Of a stretch of DNA of 64,000 nucleotides, positions 48,201-59,079 are shown one piece after another. Made by a program: the position numbers and the translations under genes. The number at the start of each line of letters is the position of its first letter. Positions within the stretch are counted from its first letter, which is position 1. This DNA comes from Monocercomonoides exilis PA203 (Eukaryota; Protista; Preaxostyla): positions 1,054,001 to 1,118,000 of the forward strand of contig LSRY02000032.1 of the NCBI GenBank assembly GCA_001643675.2. The letters run 5' to 3'. The notes beneath the pieces were generated by a model. It ran no database searches. It had not been told where the DNA came from and worked only from the letters and a program-made list of their open reading frames with translations.

Positions 48201-51200
48201 CATTTCCTGCGCCCCTTTCCTTCATCTTCCTCTCTCTTTCCTTCCACTTCTCTTCTGTCTTCTTCCTCTCCTCCACAATTGCTGAAATCTTCATAAACGC
48301 TGCTCTGATCTCATTTGTCTGCTGATCTTGTTCCTCTTTACTTGGCAAACGTTCTTCATTGATGTATTTGTTGTTCTCATTCACCTGCTCTTTTAAGGCT
48401 TCGACACTGACAGATCTGCTTGTGATGTCTCCCATCGAATATTCCAGTTCAAATTCTCCTGTCAAATGCCCCGGCCGGTTGGGATATCCAAATGCATCGT
48501 ATCCTTCAACACTCGCAGCAAAATCATTGGCAACTTCTTTTGGTGCATCGCATTGCTCCTTCTCGTAATTAGACTCATTCGATTCGTTTGATTCATTCGA
48601 TCCGTTCGTCTCGTGCATCATAAGCTCAGCCTCTGCCTCGTCTGCCGAGTGGTCTGACTTTGCTATTGGATTCTGCTCATTCGAAAGCGACCGAGTGCTG
48701 ACATTTGCATCACATTCATTTGAGTGAGTAGATTCATCGTGTGTTTGTGAAAGGGGGTTCGTTGCACACTCGTCACTTTGTGTGTTCCTGTTCTCTTCTC
48801 CTGCGTGCTCAGCATACGAGGAAGAGGCGATGGGCTGGTTGGCTGCTTCTTTCTCGTTTCGGAGATCGTTCAGCGGAAACGCAGCGGTGTTTGGGTCAGA
48901 ATAAGACAAGACGAGCGAATTGCTCGAAGTTGAGCTGTTTTGAGAAGGCGAAATGACAACATACGAAGCAGTGGAATATGTTGACGATAGAGATGACGAT
49001 GATGAAGTGTTGAAGTTGTTTGTTGGAAGGCTGTGGGAAGGAGCAGATACTGCTGAGGTTGAGGATAAAGAGGATGTTGAAGCAGAAGTTGGGACAGAAG
49101 AAGAAGAAGAAGCAGAAGCAGAGGCAGAAGCAGAGGCAGAAGCAGAGGCAGAGGCAGATGAATTAGCAGAATTGGCTCCTCCGCGTGTGGCTGATGAAGT
49201 GCTGCCTATCCGTGGCATGGGTGGCTTCGGGTGAGATGCATAGTTAGAATTGGAAGAAGGAGCAGAAGGAGCAGAAGGAGAAGAAGGGTATGATTGGTGT
49301 GCAGTTGCTGGTCCAAAGGCAGATGAGGTGTCCATTTGGAGAGGCGGAGTGAAGGAGCTGTGAAATGCCTGGATGGGCGACGAAAGAGAGTGTGACTTAG
49401 TGATGGGAGAGAGAGAAGACATGTATTTGGGCTCAGGAAGGCTGTGAAGTGAAGGCGAATGGCCGATGTTCTCGATGGACTGGGTGGATGCGCTGGGGTC
49501 AGCCGAAGACAAAGGCAGAGAACGCTCCTTTGGTGCTGCTGAGTGCAGTGGCTGTGGGTTGTGGGAGGAGGAAAGCTTGGACTTTTTGGGGGAGTGCGGA
49601 ATGGCTTCGGGGGGAGAAGAGAGGGAAGAGTTGTTCTGAATGGAGAAGTTTGAGGGAGTGGAAGAAGAGTGTGAGGAGTGTGAGGAGTGTGATGTGTCGT
49701 GGAATGTCTGTGTGTCTGTGTCTGCCTCAGAAGTGTTGCCTGGCAGATGCGACGCTGGCGGGGCTGACAGAACGGTGGCTGTCAAATGTGGAGCGTCTTC
49801 ATCTTCCTCTTCTTTGCTGGTCTTTTTGGATGAGGTGGGCGAAGAAGACGGTCTGTCTTTGAGGGAAGAAGTGTGGTGTTTGTGGGAGACAGCTGGAATA
49901 ATCTCAGATTTTGGTGAATTGCGAGGAGAAGAAGACGAAGAGGGGTGAGGCTCTTCAGTGTGGTGTGAATGAGAGTGATATGAATCAGAAGAGACAGACT
50001 CATTGGAAGAAGAAGATGACGAGGAGGAGGAGGGAGAAGAATGAGGAACTACATCATTTGCTGCCTCCTTTGAAGATCTGTGCTTTTGTGATGATTTCAA
50101 ATCTTTGGAGGGAGCAGATGAAGCAGAATGAGTGTCATTTGAGTGATGTGAGGGTGATTGCTTTGAAGACGGCCTTTTGGAAGGTGATGGTTCTGCTGGT
50201 GGAGAATTTGTATTTGCATTTGCTTTTTGCTTCGTCTTTTGAGATGACCTTTCATTCTGTTCAGAATTTTCCCGTTTTTTTGAATAAGCAGCGTGACTGT
50301 CATTTTCATCGTGTTGTGTTCTGCTCCTCTTCTGAGGCACCGAATGAGAGTCCATCGTCTCCTGGCTGTCCTTCGAAGGCGCCTGTGATATTCTGCTTTT
50401 GGGTGATTTCGGCTTCTTTGAGTGAGAAGACGGGGTGTTTGCATCGGGTGCGGGTGAAGTGGCTGGTGATGTGGTTGACTTGCGTGTGTGGGCAGAGGCA
50501 GCAGAAGGCGAATGTGCAGGATCAGGTGGAGATGACGGCACAGGGGATTTGTGGGGCGAGCGCGGACGAGAGCTTGTTTTGGCAGACGATGGCGGCCTTT
50601 GTTTACTCTTTTCTGGAGATTCTTTCGAATCAGCTGCTCTTCTGTCTTCTTTGTGCGAGCGCTTCGAAGTCCGCATTTCGCGTGCTCGCTCCGATGACAC
50701 AACAGATCGCCCAGTTTCAGACATGCCATCCACTTTGGACTTATCCGTCTGTTCTTGGCTTATCTTTTTGCTGCGTCTGCGTCTGGAGTTTGTTGGTGTT
50801 AATAGCAGCTTTCCTGAGGTCGTTTCAGATTCAAATGTGAGGTCCTGACGTTGTTGTTCCGGCAGGCTTGTGCTGCTAAAATCTGTGGTGCCTCTGGATG
50901 CCAATTCTTCTTTGAAATGAGTAAGCTGCCACATTTGTTGCTCAAAAAGTTGCTTTTGTTGTGTTAGCTGCTGCAATTTTAAATCAAATTGAGCTTGCTT
51001 CAATTTTATTTGCTGTGCCAATTGTTGATTTCGTTGTTGCCATGAAAAAATGAGTTGTTGATGTTGTCTGTTAAATTCTTGTTGCTGCTGAAAAGGATTA
51101 AGACCTGAATGAAGTAATTGTGCCTCAAGTTGCTTAACTTGTAGCTCAAATTGCTGTTGAATAATCATTTGCTGTTTTTGGATTTCGCCTTTGAATATTG

Positions 51201-51389
51201 TTTCATTTGTTTGCAGTTGATTTATTTGGGATTGGTTTTGCTTCAATTGTTGAGTAAGATAATCTTCTTGAAGCTGTGCTTGAAGCATTTCACCGTGAAA
51301 TGACTCGGTATCAATACCGCCTTGTTATAAAAGAAAATATTAAAAAAATGCACTTTAAATAAATCATATAAAACAGTCATACTTGTCAT
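39238..51389 (-). CDS. Giant (~4029 aa) largely disordered protein with a central acidic repeat array and terminal coiled coils
   Basis: Uninterrupted 4016-codon ORF; extended by a 7-nt first exon (ATGACAA, 51389-51383) and a 62-nt GTATGA..AAG intron (51321-51382) giving MTSGIDTESFHGE-MLQ. No catalytic motif recognised. Confidence 0.88.
43739..48308. repeat. Internal direct duplications in the giant ORF
   Basis: 43739-44525 = 47522-48308 (787 bp, offset 3783); 44759-45183 = 46649-47073 (425 bp, offset 1890); 44339-44562 = 46214-46437 (224 bp, offset 1875). No mismatches seen by eye; duplicate antisense ORFs in the track agree. Confidence 0.92.
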
Positions 51390-51754
51390 CGTCGTATTTC
51401 AGTTTAAATTAAATAAAAGTTCGAACTTTCTAAATGTTAAATTTTTCTCTAAAAAGCAAAATTTTTTTGTGCATAATAGGAATAAATATTACAAAAATAA
51501 TAAAAATTATGAGTATTGAAAATTTGCAAGCAATAAACCAATAGTTATTTAAAAATAAAAAGTAATACATCAAATAAGGATAATTTCAAAAATATCAATT
51601 CCTTATTTTCGTTTAGCTTTAAGAAAGCTTTAAAAGTATTTAAAGATTTTGTGCAATCGTTTTCATTTCTATCCATACCGTTATACTCAATAAGACGATA
51701 AAACAAATAAAAGTGTTAATCCAGTTTATGGCTTAATGGGTAATTGATCATGAA

Positions 51755-52323
51755 ATGAGTTCAGGCGATTCTTCTGGAAGCACAAAGCGGTTTGACGTTG
51801 CATCATCAAGCGCATATGCATCTAGTGATAACATAATAGCTCCTCAAACATCTATTGCTCCTTCATCAGCTTCACCATCATTCATTTCAAATGATAATAT
51901 GACGAGCTCTTCTGAAATGAATACTGAAGGATATTCCATTGAAGGAGATGAGCAAGAACAGCTACCAAAAAAGAAGCTTGGTCCACTACAAAAATCTTCT
52001 GTTAGTCATCTTATAACAGTAAAGAAAGATGGAGGTTTATTTTAAATTATATTTCATGTTTTATTTATCAATTGAACTTTTTTTATTTTAATTTATTAGT
52101 GTCAATTCAAATACCTCCATCGCTGTTACTTCTGCCTTCGGATACTGATGCGCAAAGAGCAAGCAAGAAGAAAAAATTACATTCTCTTCACTGTTTGGCA
52201 AGAGCAAAGCAGGAAGAATTAGATTCCAGAAAACAGCAATCAAATTGGCTTCAATTCAAAAAGAAATTGGAAAGTAAAAAAGGAAAGAAGAAGAAATCGC
52301 ATTCAGATTCAGTCTTCATGTAA
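51755..52323 (+). CDS. SMNDC1: SPF30/SMNDC1-like protein retaining only the C-terminal motif, 2 exons
   Basis: Intron 52035-52099; exon 2 IPPSLLLLPSDTDAQRASKKKKLHSL..KQEELDSRKQQSNWLQFKKK..SDSVF matches the SPF30 pattern (L.I.P.D....RKK.H..K...Q..WQQF...SIF). Confidence 0.7.
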
Positions 52324-52522
52324 ATTATACTTCATTTCACTTCAATTCACAAAAATATTCATTTTTCTTTTGGAAATTTTTGTAAAAGCATGAATAAAAA
52401 AACATATCGTTTTAAATAATAATCGTTCTTATTTATTCTTTTTTAAGTGAAGCGAAGTTATGTGAAGTGAATCGAAAGTATTTTCCTAATTGGCAATTCT
52501 TTGAAGAAATGATTAAATTCAG

Positions 52523-55500
52523 TCACTTCTTTGGAGTTTGTTGTTTGCTTGGAGTTTGTTTATTTGTCATCTTTTTCAAAGGAGTTTCTGTTTGCTTTGA
52601 TGGTGTTTTCTTTGGGGTCTGAGGAGATGTTGTTCGGGCAGGTGAAAATTGTGCATCGGGTTGTGGCTTTTTTGAAGGAGAAGCAATTTGCTTTGTGGAT
52701 GTAGCCTTTCCGGGGGATTGATATGGAAGAGAGGTTCCTCTGTCACGGTGAGAATGGCTCAAATCTGATGTGCTTTTGCGCTTTGTTGGTGTCTGTTTCG
52801 GAATAACAGGTGAGTCTTCCTCGTCTTCTTCAGCTCCGAATTTGAAATCATCACCATCGCTCGATGAGAACTGGTCATCGTCAGCAAGATCAACCTCAGA
52901 CATTTCACTTTCGCTGTCATCTTCATCAAAGTCCTTCATTGATCCTTTCCCTTTTCTGCCAGATACTTCATCGTCGTCTTCGTCGCTGTCGTTCTCCACA
53001 TCGTAATCGTCATCATCCAAACTGTCTTCTGCATCAATTTCTTCATCCATTCCGCCTTTCTTTCCATTCTTCTTGTTCCTCTTGTTATTCTTTTGCGCCT
53101 TTATCTTCTCCTTTTCATCATCTTCATCTGCAAAGTCAGCTCCATCATCTCCTTCATCATCAGCAAAATGATGTTCTGCCTCTTCATCCGCAATCACCTT
53201 CTGTTCCTCCTTCTCCAAGCGCATCCTTCTCATCCTTCGTGATTGTGGTGTTGAATGCTCTTCATTTGTGTCATCGCTACTTTCCTTTGCTGGTGTCAAC
53301 TGTTTAGCCTTTGGAAGCTGCTTTGGAGTTGTTGTGGCGCTTTCGTTGGGTTTGGACAATGCTGATTTCTGAGGTGTTTTCGTTTTCGATGCATCAGGTG
53401 TTGCAGCTCCCATTTCTCCTCGCGCACGTTTTGTTTTCCCTGACATTATAATACCAGCTGCAGGTGTTGCTGTAGCATCTTTCTCCTTCTCGTTACTCTT
53501 TTTCGCATTTTCAGCCAAAGTTGTTTTCTGTTCTTTTGGTGTTGCTTTAACTTGCTGTTCTGAAGTTGGTGCAGCTTTGTTTGTTGGTGTTTGTGGATTC
53601 TGCTGAGCCTTCTTCTTCGTTTGGGGCGTCTTCGTCTGCTTTTCTGGCTGATTCTGTGCTTTGTTTGGTGTCTCCATTGGCGCAATGTTCTCCTGTAAGT
53701 TGGACTTTTCGTCTTTGCCTGCTTTTATTGGTGTCTGTGGCTGTTGTTTTGCTGGTGTTTTCTCGTTCTGCTTTTCAGATGCTTGTTTTGCAGGCGTCTT
53801 TTGAGGTGTTTGTTTTGCTGGTGTATTTTGTGATGTTTGCTTTGCAGCCTGTTTTGAAGGTGTTTCTGTCTGAGCATTTTCTGCTTTTGCTTTCTGTTTT
53901 GGTGTCTGTGTTTGTGATTGAGGCTGCAACGTTTTGTCCTTTTGAACAGGAGTCTTTGGTTGTTGCTTCGCAGGTGTATTTGGCGCTTGAATGGTAACTT
54001 TCTTGTTTGTGTCTTTTGTTGATGCAGCAGAAGAATCCTTCGATTCACTCTTATTCATTTGCTCTTTAATCAGCTTTGCCAGTAAATCGTATCCTGAATT
54101 AGATGAAGCTGATGCAGATGCAGATGCTGATGCTGATGCTGATGCTGATGCTGATGCTGATGGTTGCTGTTTGAGCAAATCGTCCAGAAGACCTGTTTCC
54201 TTCAGCTCGTTAATAAGCTGCTTAGGAATAACATCAACCATTGAAGCCACAACATAACACGATTGCTGCAATGCAACAAGATTAGAGAGAGAGATTGACG
54301 AGTCAGATGAGTCAGATGGATGTGCCAGACGTTTCAGAAGTTTCTCCGCAAATTTCGGAGAAATGTGTATGATTCTTTTCAGCGAGGCTGATGAGAATGA
54401 TGAAATAAATGGATTGAACTTATTTATTTGCTCTTCTTCGCCTTCACTCTTTTCGCTTTCTTTTCCTTTTTCGTTGCTCTCCTGCTTCTTTTGCTTTTCA
54501 TTGTCATCTGCAACTGAGTATTCCACTGAGACAGCATCAGCCAGTGTTGTTTCCACACAATCAATAAGCTGATTCCACTTGCTTCTTCTTTCTTCATCGC
54601 TTTCTATCTTCTCTTCAGACGATTGCACAGAAGAAAAGACAGCCATCACATTCGCCAGAAGAGAAGAAGATGTTGCATTAGAAATAAGCCGTTGGATGCG
54701 GCGGATTGGCAGAGAATCGCTTGATGATTCAGACAGTCCCTGATTCGATTGGAACAGACTTTGTGGCAGTGTGGATGTGTCTTTCTCTTCGATCTGCAGA
54801 CGCGACGAGTACACATACAGCAAAAGAGAGCGGAGTATTGTCAAAGCGAATCTCTGAAGTGACGTCAAGGAAAGATCTGACTGTCCTTCTTCTTCGCTGA
54901 ATGACGCTGGCGCCATCAAAGACACTTCATCCAGCAGTGAATGGATGAGGGTGTGCATCTCATTCACATGAGCTTTGTCCATCTTTGCTCTTTCTGCCAT
55001 CCGCTTCCTCATCTTCTCTCTTCTACGTAACGCTTTCTTCTTCTTTCCTGTTAAGTTCTCATCGTATTCGTCGTCTTCCTCTTCCTCCTCCTCTTCTTCC
55101 GCTTTGCTCTTCTTCTCAAACATATCATCATCAGAATCTTCTCCTTCACTTTTTCCTTCTCCTCCTCTCTCAAACATGTCATCACCGTCTCCTTCTTCTT
55201 CCTGTTGCTGGCCAAAGAAACCTTCTTTTCCTCTCCTTTCGTCAAATCTCGAATTCCCTTCTTCTGCTTCTGCACCAAACAATCCACCTTTTCCTTGTCC
55301 CTCTTCGTTTCCTTCGTTCTCCTCTTCATCGCTGTCGTCATCATCGTCTTCCTCATCAAAAATCAGATCCTCATCGTTCATGTCCAACGTGCTGCCGGCT
55401 CTTCTTCCTTGCGACGTCAGTCCAGCAAGATCAATAATACTTTCTGTTCCTTCGTCGTCTCCGTCTTCTGGTTCGCCTCGAAGTACTCTCAACACTTTTT

Positions 55501-57382
55501 GCTGTTCTGCGCGCTCCTTCTTCTCGTTCAGGGCAGCAGCAATGTCTGATGAAGCGCCTTTGATTGGCTCAGACAGCATTGAGAAGCAGGCAGAGTCGAC
55601 ACAGCGACGAAGGAGAGGAGAAGACAGAAGAAGAGAAACAGCTTTTGCGGATGAATTGTTGGATGGCTGAGAAGACGTGGTTGATGAGGCAGATGATGGT
55701 GATGAAAAAGCAAGAGTGAAAAGAGCTTTGAGAAATGACACAAAAGATTGGTTGTCCAACAGCTGGATGAGCGACTCGTCGATCTCTCTCAGCACAAACG
55801 GGGCGAATGCTGACAAATCAACATTTCCTGTGGCTTTCTTAATAGCAGCTGCTGAAGACGGAGAGGACAGCATATCGTCTCTTGTTTGGCATCCTCTGAC
55901 GACAAGAGAGAGAAGCACAGGCATCGCATTTTGGTTGCCGACAACTTGAGACACAAATGTCTTCATCCCTTTTGCCATCGATTTGAGAGAAGAGGGAGGA
56001 AGAATTGACATCGAGTGCAGCGCTACACGACTGCCTGTCTGCTGGTCAATGATGTGGATCCAAGAGCCTGAATGTTAAAACAATGAAATAAAGATAGATT
56101 AGTGAATGATATCGAAGTTTCTTCAAAATGCAAAATACTCCAGGGAAAAAAAAGTATGTTCTTTTAAATTCTTTACAATTAAAATCAAAAATGATCAACA
56201 ATTTCTTTTGAACTATATTCTCTTCTTCTTTCTTTTACATATCATTCCATGATTTGCAAACCTTTCATTGATTTTGCCATTTCTCGAGTAATAAGTGGGT
56301 TTGCCAGACGCATAAAGTTTTCAACGCAGAAGAGCGACAGTGCATGATGCAAGATTTCCTTTGATATGACTGTGTCGCTAGCCACGTGCAGTGCATGCAG
56401 CACTCGTTGGCGGTCACCGGGGCATTTGGACAGATAGGATGTGATTGTTGGGATTGGCGTAAGCTTCATCTGTTGCTGTTGCTTTGGTGCTTGTTTGGAA
56501 GCTTGCTGTGGTGTATATGCGGCTGAACCTAATATTAGTGTGCGTTGCCTATTGAGGAGCAACTGTCGTGCAAAATATATAATAATTAAAGTTAATTATT
56601 GTTCAATTTTATTAAAATGATATAGTTTTCCAAACTCTTATGCTTTCATCTATCACAAATGTCTTACGTTCTGGCGGAACCACTTGTTTCTTTTCTCTTT
56701 TGTATAACTGTGTTTTAATAACTGTTACAGGATTTGTTTTCACTCTTTTGAGAAGAGATGTTTTATGACTAATTATCAACCCTGGAGGCAGATAAGATGA
56801 ATTTGGATCCAAAAAATGAGCCCAAATTTGAGCTTCAAATGCTTGCTGCATTCTTGAGCTTGAGTATGTTGTGTAAATCATATTTATAATTGCAGAACCG
56901 ATTTTATGTTTGAGAAGACGAAATGTGAAAGGGAGAAGTTCAAGTGCTATATTTTCACGATCCTTCTTGTTACCATGGCGCAATAATGCCCCAATTACGT
57001 GAGCCCCATAGGAAGATGCAGTGATGTCATAAAAATGTCCTTGTAATTCGCTTATGATAGCTTGTCGTTGTTGATCCGTGCCAAACTTGGCAATTGCTTG
57101 AACATATCGCGCAGTCTTATTATAGACAAAAAATATTTGATTAAAATCATTTTTCAAAAAATTTTGAAGCGATTGATATCATAAAAAATAAACCTCGTGA
57201 TTTAAACAGCAAGTTGGAACGTTTCCTTTCATTAATAGATATAATCGTTGGGCCAGCTTCTCTTTTTCGCTTTTACTCCCTTTCTTTTGCAACAGTTTGA
57301 TCCAATCCCTCTTTCCCTGATCAATTACAGGAGAAACTTTGGATCTTTTTGGATAGTTCGATTTCTGATACCCTTTTTGCAT
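52523..57382 (-). CDS. PUM3: Puf6/PUM3 nucleolar Pumilio-repeat protein with long acidic and TP-repeat C-terminal tail, about 4 exons
   Basis: GKRDWIKL..EKEKLAQRLYLLMKG..HE|TARYVQAIAKFGTDQQRQAIISEL..SSYGAHVIGALLRHG..LLKHKIGSAIINMIY; later HT..GSRVALH..KSMAKGMK. Confidence 0.85.
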
Positions 57383-58217
57383 TTAAAGTATGAAATTATG
57401 GGATAAAGAAAATATTTAGAATTTTCATTGTAATTTTTCTTTTTAATAAACATAATGAATTCTGCAAATTTCATGAAAGAAATTATATCTGCATATATAT
57501 GGCATTCATTTTCGAGACATTTTTAGACAAATAAAAATATATTAATTGAGATACACAATTAATTTATTTTTATATTTCTGTGAAATGGATTTTCTTTTTC
57601 TTTTTCAACGAATATAATAAAATCGAATTTTTATTTTCAAGAAATTATTGCTCTTTTTTATTTCGAAAGATGATCAATTATTATTGATTAAAATATATAT
57701 TTTTTTATCGGTTAAAATATATGTTTCGTATTTTTTTACAAAATGTACACTTAAAAGAAAGAATCCAATTTGCTGATATGTTATACATGAACTCATTTCA
57801 AATATCAGCTTTTGAAACAACTGGAAAGAATTCGACATTATAAAAAAAATAATAATTTCAATGACAAATTTGTATTAGTTATTCATCATCCTGATAAATG
57901 TTGTTATTTCCAAAAAGTGTAACGCATTTATATTTTTTTGATCAAAAAATATCAGTTTGAATATTAATACTTGTTTGAATGATATTTGTTATTTGTGGAA
58001 AAAATAGATATTTGTGTGTTTTTCATTTTTTGAGATAACATGTAATAAATGATGATTCACTCTTATGAAAATAATTGTTAAATATCAAATAACACTTGGT
58101 GATAATCCTCAAAAAAGGTTTTATTTGGGTTATATAATTTGAAGTTTTCCTTTTTTTGAAATTTCATGATTATTTACATAAATATCTGTTTCTGTTTTTA
58201 ATGTCATGTTTCTTATT

Positions 58218-58316
58218 CAGTCTAAACCGGATATAATCACATCGAATATAATCACTATTGGATATAGTCACAAAAAGTTGTGCAAAACCCGATGTGATTA
58301 TATCCGGCTTTTACTG
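58218..58316. mobile_element. 99-bp pogo/Tigger-like MITE
   Basis: Left CAGTCTAAACCGGATATAATCACATCG; right end reverse complement CAGTAAAAGCCGGATATAATCACATCG; TA on the right (TT on the left); three internal GRATATARTCAC repeats. Confidence 0.82.
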
Positions 58317-58716
58317 TAATTGAAATTTCAATTGGATTATAATGTTTTGAATTCTTTTAAATGAAAATAGAAAAGAGATTGCTCCTTTCAAAAACATTTC
58401 TATCTTTCTTTCACATCAAACATTAATAATGAAAGAAAAGAAATTCAATTTGTATTCGATTGATAATATTCGAGCCAAATATTAAAAAATATTTTTTTAA
58501 TAGACACACCAAAATAATTAGTAATTTCGAAAATAACAATCCATTCGTTGATTGTCTGTGGGGTTTTTTGAAAGAAAACAAGTTTTTGTGCTTCAAATCG
58601 ATGCTTTTTTTATGTACCGTTTTTGTTATTTATTTCGAAATATCTCATTCAACTTCATGATTCTTCTTTAAAAACTACGTAATTTTTTCTTTCTTTAAAG
58701 AGTGGGAAACACATAT

Positions 58717-58984
58717 GGGACAAAATATTTGACTTCAGGCATTTTCTTTGAAAAATTATGCATCTTTGATGAACTTTTTGTGTTTCAAAAATATGAAAAA
58801 TATGGGTTTATTTTTAGAAATGCATGTGAGATCGTAAAACATTTTGTTTTAACATCAATGATGTTTGTTTACAGTTATATAAATCTTTTTTATTTTGAAA
58901 TCTGATTAAGTTTTATAATGTGATAAGCAAAACAATTTTTCCATGCTTTGTGCATAAAAAGCTTGAAAGACCGTATTTTCCCCC
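58717..58984. mobile_element. MITE-like element, 268 bp, GGG..CCC ends, flanked by ATAT
   Basis: CATAT|GGGACAAAATA.. ..GTATTTTCCCCC|ATATG; termini resemble 32849-33027. Confidence 0.6.
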
Positions 58985-59079
58985 ATATGAATGAATAAAA
59001 ACAATTAATTTCCTTTTTGTGAAATCCCAAAAATTTTGAATGAAGAACATCTTTTTTGTTCGGTCAATGTCATCGACTC

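Noticed and set aside
43440-48505. Repeat-spacer pattern as a CRISPR-like array, or repeats as Atg8-binding LIR motifs
   Set aside because: Conservation is at the amino-acid level inside one ORF with variable codons, there are no cas genes, and the hydrophobic spacing does not fit [WFY]xx[LIV].
39247-50848. Many long plus-strand ORFs opposite the giant gene (also opposite importin, ABCC, Puf6 and 1-3270)
   Set aside because: Antisense shadows of low-complexity, codon-biased coding sequence, with no motifs of their own.
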